Source: Schizochytrium sp. TIO01
Taxonomy: Eukaryota; Protista; Bigyra: Labyrinthulomycetes
Reading direction: 5' to 3'
NCBI GenBank assembly: GCA_004764695.1
Contig: SMSO01000014.1
Location: forward strand, 4,722,845 to 4,786,844
Length of the DNA stretch: 64,000 nucleotides
Each line of letters starts with the position of its first letter. Position 1 is the stretch's first letter. Under the pieces are notes generated by a model. The model worked only from the letters and a program-made list of their open reading frames with translations, had not been told where the DNA came from and did no database searches. Position numbers and translations under genes: made by a program. Shown piece after piece: positions 25,450 through 36,325 of the stretch.

Positions 25450-28400
25450 ATGAAGCGGCTTTCGCGGAGGCTCTCCCGTGTGCGCACAGGCCGCGGGGCC
25501 CGCGACGCAAGCTTGCAAGATGGGCCTTCGGCCGCAGAGCAAGAAGAGTCCGGGGATGTGCGGAGTACTCTTCAAGATGAGCACGTGCAAGAAGATGAGA
25601 ATCACCTTTCGTCACCAATATCACAATGGGGGCCACAACAGCGGAATTGATGAGGGCGACAGTTTTGAGGACGATGAGAATCGTGTGGAAGACAGGATTG
25701 CAGCTTGGGGTGATGAAGAAGGAATTGATGGTGTAGAGCAGATCAGAAGAGGAAGGCTCGTTGTCGACCTTTTAAGGTGCGCATCGGAACCAACAGGATT
25801 TGATGAGGGAGCCTTCATTTTAGAGAAATTAAGGCAGATTCCAGAGGCAGCACCTTTCGCTCAGATACTTGTATCACAGATCTCGTCAATTCAGGCTTTT
25901 AAGGAGCTCACAGAGGTAGATCTTATTCGACTCGGTGTGGACTCCCGTCTCGCACGAAGTATGATTGCCATTGCCAAGCAGAAATGGCACCGTGGTGAGA
26001 GCCTAGACCTGTCCATGGAGGACATTACAAGTCTTCCACCGGGACCATTACATCTCTTCGCAGACGTAAACCTCAGCACATGTATCCTTGAGGAGCTCCC
26101 CGACGACCTTACCGTAAATGGCAAGCTCAATCTGAGTTTTTCAAGCAAACTTAAAGTCCTGCCTAGCAATCTCCACGTTGAAGGCGATCTTCTTGTTGAG
26201 CGCTGTATTCGCCTTCGTGAGATTCAAGAAAACATTTTTGTCGGCGGCTCACTGGTCCTTAAACGCTGCGAGGCACTGGAACGGCTGCCCATCCGCATGG
26301 AGCTTCTCAAAGACCTCGTTCTTGCTTCCTGCAGGTCGCTCACAACCCTACCTGACGATTTACATATCCACGGCCACCTCAACCTAAAGCGTTGCGAGAA
26401 GTTTAAAATTTTGCCCAACAGACTCCAGGTAGATGGAAGGTTAACGCTACGCTACTCTGGTGTTCGTGCCTTACCTGAAGATATAACGCTCAATGGTGAT
26501 CTTGATATTGCTGATTGCGACGGCTTTCACCTATGCGAAGGGTTCGAGCTTGGCGGCTCACTTTTGCTTGATGAATGGACATTCGGTGATTCTTTCCCTC
26601 GTTCTTTGCATATCAAGGGTAGCTTGGATCTTGAAATTATGTCTTTGGCTAATCTCCCACCTGTCCGAGTTGACGGCACGCTACGCATCGGCTCTTCCTT
26701 GAGAACGATTGAATCACCTTTGTATGTTGGTAAGCACCTCGCGATGATCTCTTGCTCTGCAGAGATACCCCAAGGAACCATAGTAGAAGGTAGAGTTGAC
26801 TTCATACGCTGCCATGGACGCCGTGAGCTTCGTGGTGTTCACGTTGGATCGGCGCTTGTTTTGCAGTCTTGCTCACGAATCAAACTTATTGACGATATCG
26901 AGCTTGACGGGACTCTGCGTATTGAAGATTGCAACTCTCTAAAACGAATCGGTTCAAACGTCTCGGTGAAAGGTGGTGTTGTCATTCGAAACTGCCACAG
27001 ACTTAACACGCTTCCTGAAAACTGGCAAATCTACTCCCTCGACATTGTTTCTGCATCCCTTACTGCCCTTCCCTCAGGTTTACAAGTCAAGGAGTTCTTC
27101 CGGGTTTCAGAATGCCCTATTGATCACCTCCCTGATGACTTGGATGTGGGGGGTAGCGTGGAGATTCTCTGTGATGTAGTAGAGCTTCCGCCATCTCTGA
27201 GCAAAGTGAATGGAGACCTTGTTATTCAATCGAAAAATATTCTAGAACTCCCAAGTCCCCTTCGAGTCGCTTCATCGCTCCGTGTATCATACTGTGAGAA
27301 ACTTAGACATCTTGACGGTGACCTTCGTGTCGGCTTTGATGTATCCGCGAATAGCTGTCCAGCACTCCACACGCTCTTACCAGACAGCTTTCACGCCTTG
27401 GGGTCCGTGTCTGCAACAAGTTGTTTTGCGCTCACCAAGATTGGACAAAACGTCCAAATTGAAGGTAACCTCAGTCTCGAAGATGCCGTTCAACTGCAAG
27501 AGTTAGACAATATCTACATTGGGCAATCTTTGTTCATGAGTAACTGCTCGCAATTACAACGCGTTGGCGACAACGTAAGCACTGGACTTGATATGATCCT
27601 TCGAAACTGTATCTCATTGACACGAGTGCCACGCAAGGTAAAAACTGCGGGCGTATTTTCTCTAAATGGGTGCACTTCCATGGAAACCTTGGATTGTGAA
27701 CTAGACATTGGTTGGGATATTGATTTACGAGGAACTTCAATTACACAACTTCCCAAAAAAGGACATGTGCGTGGGGACTTTTTTGCAGAGTACCTCAAGA
27801 TTGAGGAGTTGCCCGCCAAATTAATTGTAGATGGCCACATTGGCCTTCGGGGGTGCACTCTGCTCACACGCATTCTCATGCCTTGGAATACAGTGTACTC
27901 TATCGATTTGTCGAGTACCAAGATGATCCGTCTGCCAGACAATCTGCACATTAAGGGTGACTTACTTTTGTGTAAGAATGATATGGAAACCCTCCCTGCG
28001 GGGCTTCGTGTTGAAGGTCAACTTAATGTTTCTGGGTGCTGGCGCTTGCGTTCCTTGCCTGACGATCTCTATGTTGGTGCATCAATATTTGCTAACAATT
28101 GTACTCTGTTATCCACGCTCCCCAAGGTTGTTCGTGTACAGGGCGATTTTGGTCTGGCAAACGCCGTCGCACTTACCGAACTTCCAGACGAGCTTGAAGT
28201 ATCAGGTCGCTTGGACTGCAATGGCTGCTCGTCGCTGTGGTCTGCAGGGCAAGAACTGACAGTGTATGGAAGCTGTACATTCGCCATGTGTGTGAGTTTA
28301 TCGGCTTTGCCAGAAGATATGTATGTCGGTGGCGACCTCGATTGCTTTGGATGTGCTTCGATTGAGTCTTTACCCCCTGAGCTTTATATTGGCGGGGCAC

Positions 28401-29593
28401 TGGTTCTTGCCGAATGCATTGGTATTTCTACATTACCTTCCAGCTTGCTTAACTGGGGACCCATGGCTGGAGGTGGTCGCCATGTGATTGATGTTACAGG
28501 GACCTCGATCTTTGAAGAACATTTGGATGAGTTGCGCGCCCAAGCATCAACCTCTGTAAATCTAGTTGTCACTCGACCTAATGCTTCTCCAGAACGCAAC
28601 TTTACAAACTTACTGAAAGCGGTGGAGTTCTGGTATGCTGCTGCTATGGGGGCTGGGTCCTCTCCTGAAGATCAAAACCAAATCCAAGAAGATGGGCTAA
28701 AGTTGGGCGATATGGTCAATGAAGTGGTACCTAAGATCAATTTGCGCGATATTCTACTTTTCCTTAGCAAACTCACGGTCGCGAAGGAATATAAGCGCGA
28801 GGATCTTCGCCAGTCACTCGCCAAGCGTGTTGTCGATGTTTTACATCTCTTGGCCGACGAAGAAGATGCGCGTGAGGAACTGCTAACTCGCATGGGTGAC
28901 AGTGTTGACGCATGTGGCGACAAGCCTATTCAAGCACTCAATCAAATGGCTGTGATTGTGCGCACGGTACATGCAAGGGGGCGTCGCGAGGCATTACGGG
29001 AGTTAGCAGTTGGCATTGCTCGGCTTGAAGTTGTGCAGCGCCACGCCCAAATGAAAGTAGATTCCTTCCACCGCCCTGTGGATGAAGTTGTCATCTTTTT
29101 GCGCTTTGAAGTAGCTTTGGCTCCCGAACTGGACCTGCCGGTACCAGCTGTGGACCAATTATTTCCTAACTTTGTACTTGTTACTGATGATGAGCTAAAT
29201 GCTGCTAAGGAAGAAGCCTTGCAAATTACAGGCCAAGGGGAAGCATTTGAGGCCTGGCTCTCGCATTGGTCTGAATGGCAGCGCCAGTTGCGTCTCGAGG
29301 CTGCGAAAGAACTTTCGTTTGAGCGACTCAAACGCAATTCACGTCGGTTCAGTTTATCGTGGATGGATCTCTTTGGGAATCGCATGGACGATCCTATCCG
29401 TATTGGGAAAAACTCAACAATTTGGAGCATGCAGGATCTCCTTCGCCACTGGGTTCGAACGGGCATGGACCTGAACAATACGCCCCGAACTATTGAAGAG
29501 ATCCGCCACATGTCCCGCTGCAAGTCACTTCCGCGTAAAGCATCTCAAATTCCGGAGCTTCTCACGGTGCAGGAGCTCGATGCTGAGACTTAA
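25450..29593 (+). CDS. SAM-like + leucine-rich repeat + NEL (IpaH/SspH-type) E3 ubiquitin ligase + U-box-like protein, ~1380 aa; probable +1 frameshift at G5 25628-25632
   Basis: ~22-aa repeats LPxxLxVxGxLxLxxCxxLxx span ~26000-28450. The C-terminal region matches NEL motifs: FLSKL, DACGDK (C-x-D), RLEVV, DEVVIFLRFEVALAPELDLP, VTDDELNAA and FEAWLSHWSEW. The track start at 25478 is GTG; the ATG at 25450 is in a different frame. Confidence 0.85.
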
Positions 29594-30308
29594 GAAGGCT
29601 ATGGACATAACAAAAATAAATGCGGTTTAAGTGAATAAAATGAATAGTAATAGTTTGCGCTTTTTCTGTTGTGTTTGTTAATTCAAGAAAAAAGTTAAGA
29701 TAGAGAGGACTTTAAAGGCAACATTCTTGACAAAAATTGGTGTACAATGATTGAAGGCTTTCCTATCTCAGTCCATGGAATTAATACTTTCAAAATTTGG
29801 TACGCGCTTCTTAATTATTGCATATGTATCCGATTGTGTTATAAAAAAATAGTCCTCCTTTCCGAATTTCCTACACTCCAAAATTGGCGCAACGTCTTTG
29901 ATGTGAATCATCTTAAAAAAGGTTATTCTGTATTCTTGGAAAAATTAAAAAAAAAATATAATCCTTTGTTCGTGTTTTAACTTGAAACGATGATCTCTCA
30001 AAATTTAGCTTGCGCAATATGCCGCTTAAGCACCTGGTATGTAAATCCATAAAATGACCAGGATACCATCTGAAGAGCTGTGACTATTCTGTTCGTTCAT
30101 GCGCTATCATTCATGATATAGAAGGCACTGTGGTACCTACAAAATAATTTGCTTTCCTGATAATTTAACATGTATGAACGTTTCTTGTAAGTAGCATCTC
30201 TCGTCAACTTTGAACAAACATCCTCAAGGACTTATCCAAAACCATCAAACAAAGCTCGAGAGCGCCAAACAAACTCAGTTTACACTAATAGTCGCGCAAT
30301 ACGCCCCA

Positions 30309-30962
30309 ATGGCAGGCATCGAGGATGGCCACCACGAGGGTTGGCGTCGGTGGATGGATGCCGCCGAGGAAAAGGCCGTTCGTGAGGCATCGAGTAACGT
30401 GTCAGAGCACCTCAAACAGGTCTCCACCGCTCCTCTCCTAGCCTTGCACGAAGTTCAAACTCATATTCGTGAGCGGGGACTCCTTCGTCAAGTGGTCGTG
30501 CGTGATGAATTGCTGCAGACACTCACGAATTTGCGAGAGGGGGCGGCGAGTGCATCAAGGTCTTGCGGCGAAATGGGTCAGAACGGCAGCAAATGTGTTA
30601 AAGCCGCTGCGGACCGCGTTGAGAAGCTATCCGGGCGCATTGCTGTTCTCCAAGAGCGCCTTGAAATTGTTTCAGACATCCACCGTGATGTGCAGAAGCC
30701 CAAGGCTGCTCCTTCGAGACTACGACGTGCCTGGCAAAGATCAGGGCTTGGACGACGGGAAGAGACCTCGGAAGCGGATTCATTGCCAATTGGCGTTGGC
30801 CAAGGGCTTGACAACGAGCTGATCCATGGAGAGGTCGACATCGACGAATATGCTATGCAAATATCAAAACTTGCTCGGACCTTTGCAGAGCTTGAGGAGG
30901 CGAACAATAGGAAACTCAGCAAGCGGAATAGCAGTGGCAGTGCAAGTGGTTCTCAAAAGTAG
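30309..30962 (+). CDS. Putative BORC subunit 8 (BORCS8/MEF2BNB)-like coiled-coil protein
   Basis: First ATG at 30309. VSEHLKQVSTAPLLALHEVQTHIRE resembles the BORCS8 motif (..LANEPSVALYRLQEHVR..) as I recall it. Confidence 0.55.
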   Translation: MAGIEDGHHEGWRRWMDAAEEKAVREASSNVSEHLKQVSTAPLLALHEVQTHIRERGLLRQVVVRDELLQTLTNLREGAASASRSCGEMGQNGSKCVKAAADRVEKLSGRIAVLQERLEIVSDIHRDVQKPKAAPSRLRRAWQRSGLGRREETSEADSLPIGVGQGLDNELIHGEVDIDEYAMQISKLARTFAELEEANNRKLSKRNSSGSASGSQK

Positions 30963-31657
30963 TCTTAAAAATGGGTTTTAGGAAGCACCGCAATGGCCTG
31001 AGAATGCAATCAACGAGGTTGTTAGTGGAGAGAATAGAGAAATCCGATATTTCAAATATCTAAGTGTATTTGCTTATCAGATTATTCTCGGGTTATGGCG
31101 GTGGTGCAAATCGTATCAACAATGAACGTTGAGGGAAGACATTAGTGACTTTTATGTTTTGTCTCGCCTAGCTAACCCACAAAAGACCATACGATTGTAG
31201 GGGAATAGCAACGTAGGTTAAAACTTTCCCAGTGTTATCAACAAGTGACTGCCAAGATAATGTTCCAATGTATATATGTTAATATCGTTCTTCAATTTTA
31301 AAAGCCAAATACTATTGTTAGTCATTTGCGCGAGCAATATTTTCAATTATGAGTACTTTCCTAAAGTTTAATTTGGTCTCGAATGTGCGCCACGTGTTGT
31401 GCTAAGGCTCTGTTCTGAGGCAAAGAAATGAAAGATAAAAACCGGTTCATAAATGAATGAAATTAGGTAGCTGCGAAATTAATAATAATCCTACAATGCT
31501 TCCAATTAGTCGATCAGTCTATGCTCTATCATTCATCCATTAAATAGGAGCCAGTATCGAGCTCATTCCCTGTTAAACAAAGTACATATGTCAAAATAGA
31601 CACGGCAAGTGGCTTGAGGCACTTGTTCTCAAAGAAAAAGTTTGTCTACAAGAAGGT

Positions 31658-34324
31658 CTAACGACGGCCTACCTTGGCTTGGACGCGAAGCTGCTGTTGC
31701 TTACGCAAGTTTGAGATCATTTCTCGAAAATTGTTGTATAGGTCGTCTCCGACAGCGTTTGCATCCACGGTCAATATTCCTCGAGTGCTCGCACTGTTTG
31801 TCGTTGAAGATGATTTTGCAGATTGCTTGGTAGCGGCTGTGTTGGAGGTTTTTGTGCGCGTTGGAGTAGTGGCTCGAGAACGTGCTTGATCTACAGTCGG
31901 ATTTGGTGATGAAGAATCCTGTCCACTCTCGGGTACAAATGCAGAATTCGTTTTTCCAGCACCAGACTCAGCTTCGGCTTGTTTTCGAGCCCGTGCACAC
32001 GTTTCACGACAATATTGAGTGAAGCGGCTCTGAGACCACTTTGCAAGCATCGCACCGTCCATAGCAGGTGGTGGTGCAATGTGCGCAGGTGCTTTCGAGG
32101 CCCACCATTCACGAACCTTTTCAACCGACCATTTGCGAGGATCTGCAGCCTTTGCTTCATTGTATGCTCGGTTGGCTTTTAGAACAGATTGGCTTGCTAC
32201 ATCTTCGACAGGTAGTTTGAAGTGTTGAGGCTTCTGCTCGCCACGGGACTCTCCCATCATGACTGAGACATTTGTGAGAGTACTCAAAGAATGTTCAGTG
32301 TCACCAGAGCTAGGACTGACCGTAGCGATGATTGAGGTTTTCCCCTCAGGGTCTGTCAATGCTGACTTGAGAATACGTGTAAGCATGCTTGCACGAAACG
32401 GAACAAAGGCTTTGCCTTCCGCCTGCGCTCGAAAACAGTCTTTGAGCACCATCAAAGACTTATTGATTTCTGCGCCTTCCCTTGCAAGGCGCGCGTCATG
32501 ATGAAGGGAGTCTTTGTTTCGCTCTGAGCCTGCCAAGTCCACTAACATGAGCTGGCCATCCCTGTCTTCGTACTTGATATTGATTTGGCAAAATGCGTGT
32601 GAACGGGATGAACGATCATGTACGCCTGTTTCACAAGTTGCGCGTGCAAGCTGGCCAAGCTCAATGCATTCTAAGAGTTCTTCTTGGGAGTATACAGGCT
32701 TCGTTGTAAGACCTGGTAAGCGCAGAGATCCATCGCCGTCTTCAAGCATGCGCACTGCACTACCGGCATTGCTTTCATTCGCTACCCCAGCAGAGGGGTT
32801 CCCAGTGTAAGATTCCTCAGGATCAAGCAACGTCTCTGCAGACGGGTACTCTTGACTGTGATCGTGAGTTTCATAGGGGTATAAACCTGCATCTGAGGCT
32901 CGCGGTGCCAATAAATCGCGACATTGGGTGCCGTAGAGCTCATACATGGTAAGATAAACTTGGGCGCGATTTGCAGATCCCAAAACATGAAATATTGTTT
33001 GTGCTGCAAGGGTAAGAATGGCCGTCATGGTGTACGTTTTTCCTGAGCCGGTTTGTCCAAAGACGAAAGCACTCGCAAGCTTGCCTGCAAGTGCATGCTG
33101 CACAAGGCCAATTGTGGTTTCTCTGTACACCTGAGCGTTAGAGGTGAACTCATCAAAGACGCGATCGAATGAGAAAACCTGGGGCGTCATTTTCATTCCA
33201 CGCATATCAGCTTTCATACGTGTATCAAAAATAACAACTGCATTTGGTTGGAGAGCGCCAGTTGCATCAACAACGTCAAAGTCCTGGTCGATTTCCTTGT
33301 TAAACATTGGTCTTTTGCGCAAGAACACTTGAAGGCGTTTAGAGGCTTGCTTGGGCGATAGAGCACGAGTTGCTGCACTTGTGACGACATCGGAATGTTT
33401 GCGGCGGCCTGCTCCGGACTGGCTTGTCAACGTGGTTTCTTGTTGGTCACGTTGTCTTCGATGAGGTTGCATTGCAGCAAAGTTAAGGCGAACAGGGGTC
33501 ACTGGTGATGCTTTTGGCGGGACTTCCACAGATAAACTTTGTGCAGTGTGTTTGCTGCGAAATCCCTTTGGTGTTGCGGAGTGCTGTCGAGAGATTCTGC
33601 GATGAGTTTTCTGAAGATGCTCAAGGAAAGCCGCTCCCCGTTGTGCATCTCTTGTACACATCATCTCAAACCAGTCCACCATGCGCATTTCGTCTTCTTT
33701 TAAGTGCAATGGACTCTTTGGCGGCGGTGAGCTGGGCGGCGGTGGAGGTGGAGGTGGCGGCTGCGAATCGTCTGAAGTGGTTCGCATATTTCTTAGCCCT
33801 TGGTTTGGAGACGATGGCGGTGGAGGTGATGCGGTTGAGGACATGCTTGAGTTGCGTCGTCTCGTCGAATTTCTTTGATTACGTCTACGAGGCGAGTGGT
33901 AGCGCTGATGTTGACGTTGTGGATGTTGGCCAGATCTTCTGCGCTCCGGACTGTTTGAAGCGTTTTGCCTTGACCTTGCATGTTTCTGCTCTTGATAATT
34001 GCGCGTTTGATAATTGGTCTCATCATCCAGATCATCCAGGTGAAGATCTAAGTGATGATTTTGGTGTTGGTGATGGCGATTTCGATGTGGGCGTTGATGA
34101 TGGTTTAGATGCTGTTTCTGTGCAGCTGAGGCGGGTGACGAGGACCTTTGTGTCAGGAGCGTGCCGTTGGGTCCAAGTTCTGCTTCTTTGCGAGCTCTCC
34201 AAGTGCGGATAGCGCCCATGAAGTCCTGGCGGTGATGTTTGCGAGACGTGCGCTTGTCATAATTCTTGCGAGGGTCGAACTCTCCTCCGCCTTCGTCCAC
34301 AAGCCTGCTATCTTCGTTGCCCAT
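31658..34324 (-). CDS. Kinesin with internal motor domain, kinesin-13-like
   Basis: VFLRKRPM, FSFDRVF, P-loop GQTGSGKT, SSRSHA, LVDLAGSER, AEINKSLMVLKDCFRA and VPFRASMLTRILK. The motor is central. First ATG is at 34324 (MGNEDS...). Confidence 0.93.
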   Translation of the reverse strand: MGNEDSRLVDEGGGEFDPRKNYDKRTSRKHHRQDFMGAIRTWRARKEAELGPNGTLLTQRSSSPASAAQKQHLNHHQRPHRNRHHQHQNHHLDLHLDDLDDETNYQTRNYQEQKHARSRQNASNSPERRRSGQHPQRQHQRYHSPRRRNQRNSTRRRNSSMSSTASPPPPSSPNQGLRNMRTTSDDSQPPPPPPPPPSSPPPKSPLHLKEDEMRMVDWFEMMCTRDAQRGAAFLEHLQKTHRRISRQHSATPKGFRSKHTAQSLSVEVPPKASPVTPVRLNFAAMQPHRRQRDQQETTLTSQSGAGRRKHSDVVTSAATRALSPKQASKRLQVFLRKRPMFNKEIDQDFDVVDATGALQPNAVVIFDTRMKADMRGMKMTPQVFSFDRVFDEFTSNAQVYRETTIGLVQHALAGKLASAFVFGQTGSGKTYTMTAILTLAAQTIFHVLGSANRAQVYLTMYELYGTQCRDLLAPRASDAGLYPYETHDHSQEYPSAETLLDPEESYTGNPSAGVANESNAGSAVRMLEDGDGSLRLPGLTTKPVYSQEELLECIELGQLARATCETGVHDRSSRSHAFCQINIKYEDRDGQLMLVDLAGSERNKDSLHHDARLAREGAEINKSLMVLKDCFRAQAEGKAFVPFRASMLTRILKSALTDPEGKTSIIATVSPSSGDTEHSLSTLTNVSVMMGESRGEQKPQHFKLPVEDVASQSVLKANRAYNEAKAADPRKWSVEKVREWWASKAPAHIAPPPAMDGAMLAKWSQSRFTQYCRETCARARKQAEAESGAGKTNSAFVPESGQDSSSPNPTVDQARSRATTPTRTKTSNTAATKQSAKSSSTTNSASTRGILTVDANAVGDDLYNNFREMISNLRKQQQLRVQAKVGRR

Positions 34325-35814
34325 GGCGACTCTATTTTCCCCCAAACAAACAGGTCGCTGGTGTGCAAGCACACCTAAAGTTACCTCGACTGCCGATCCA
34401 CCTCGGCTTCTGTCTCTAGTGTGTCCAAACACTCACGATAATCTTGAGCTTGAAGTTCCGTTTCGTGTCACTAAGATTGCTCATCCCATCTCTCGCAACA
34501 TCAAAGTTCTTCAAGTTGGTCGTTAAATTCATTCCATTCTCTCCTTCTAATCTTAACTACTACTATGAAAAAAACGTTGTTGTCTCATATTCATTGATTC
34601 TCTGTAGGGTAGTCCTACTAAGTACATAGTCACCATCAAAACCAGGGTCAGCGGATCAAATCATTGTGCAATGAAACGCGCTCTCAGATGACTTTGGGGT
34701 GGGTGGTATTCTCTGACGTGGTACGAGCGCAATTCCTGAGCACCTTGCGACCCGATGAATTGACTGCAAGACCTTGGATAATTCTTGGTGTACTCACCAA
34801 ACAGTGTTGGCATGAAGAAGCTAATACTGGGATCTAGAATTCGTTGATAGTTATTATGAAGACAAAGAAGCTTCCGCGCGATACTTGAATGCATGAGATA
34901 GAAAATGCATAGACACGCAAGTACTGCTGCTGACACTGCAAGAACTAACGATGCCGCATGCAATTTCAAAGACTATCAGAGGATGTTGATTGATACGTGC
35001 TTAGGTTGATAGCAGACATTTGTCGAGCACCAGGTAGCCTTCTAAAGAAAAGTCTATTGTAGCAATGGAGGCGGCACATGTTGTCTCCTCTGCTTTAAGA
35101 AAGCATGCCTACCTAGGTGGTACCCAAATACGGAGCAGGATTGCATTTCAACTCTTCCCCCTTTGACCCGGAAAATATTAAAAAAAAATATATATAAAAG
35201 TGAATAACAGGAAAACACAAGAGCGCACACCATGGCGTATTATTTCAAGTTGCGAATTCTGAAGAATTCCAGTTGAGAGATTCGCACGTTCTTACCTGCA
35301 ATTTTCTTGATTCTCGGCAATGCGCAGATATTTGCAAGCCCTCTTGTAGCAGTTGCAGGTGGCTGCTGGGTTTCTTCTTATCTCTGCGAGGCTCACGATG
35401 CTATCTATTCTTCAAGTTCTTCTTCACGTAGGTACTGTATCCATATCTAGAGGTAGTTAGGTTGTGTTTTTATACTGGTCTAGTACTACAGAATGTTTGC
35501 ATAACTTCATATTCGACTTCGTGTCATCAGAAATTCTCTCGCAAAAGCCGAGCTTTCAGAGAAGTACCCGTCAACAAAACTTCAACCCAGGTGATTTAAT
35601 CGCAAAAGCTCATTCATTAGCAGAACTTTATGCTCTACGAATCCGCTTCTTCCATGACCAAAAGCTTCAGTAGCAGCAGGAGCATCAACGAACTTTTGCG
35701 CTGCATTGTTATGCAGGCAACTATTCCTTTCTACAGATTGCCTCAGTGGATGTCAAAGGGATACCTAGGTATCTCAGCTCTCGTTCCTGGCCGGCAGCAC
35801 TAGACACTGAGGTA

Positions 35815-35868
35815 GCTAGCTGCTATCCATCGTAGTCACTGGCTAGCTGCTATCCATCGTAGTCACTG
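35815..35868. repeat. Perfect 27-nt tandem duplication
   Basis: GCTAGCTGCTATCCATCGTAGTCACTG x2. Confidence 0.95.
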
Positions 35869-36274
35869 AGTCTATCCTCAGAAATCTCCAGGAACCAACG
35901 CTGACCTGGACAAATCGTAAACAGTCAGCAGGCGTCAATGGACGCTTTCTATACAGACGCGGCCTGAGGACGCGGCTCCTTGCCAGCACATAGTCAGACC
36001 CCGTTCTCACTTGCCAGCAACAGTAATGAATCCCTCCGCGCTGCGAGCACTAGATCCTGGGCACTTTGGAGATGTCTCGTCTCGGTCTGCTCTGCTATGG
36101 CTCTACTTGGAACGCTTTGCTTTGAAGCTGACCTTTCCAGGATGATTCATCGTCAATGTGCTGCTACTCTCGCTGAAGCTTCTGGAGCTGCTCAGGGTTC
36201 CTACGTGCACTAATGTATTCATCAATCAAGGTTCCACAACGAGATCGCGAGCTCAAGCACACCTTGCGCCACAC

Positions 36275-36325
36275 GCAGCAGCAGCAACAGCAGCAGCAGC
36301 AGCAGCAGAAGAAGAAGAAGAAGAA
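36275..36325. repeat. (CAG)n(GAA)n compound microsatellite
   Basis: Read directly from the sequence. Confidence 0.9.

Noticed and set aside
33505-34212. 235-aa plus-strand ORF; similar long shadow ORFs at 58627-59328, 51756-52379 and 28942-29523
   Set aside because: Each is antisense to a well-supported gene and has no recognisable motifs.
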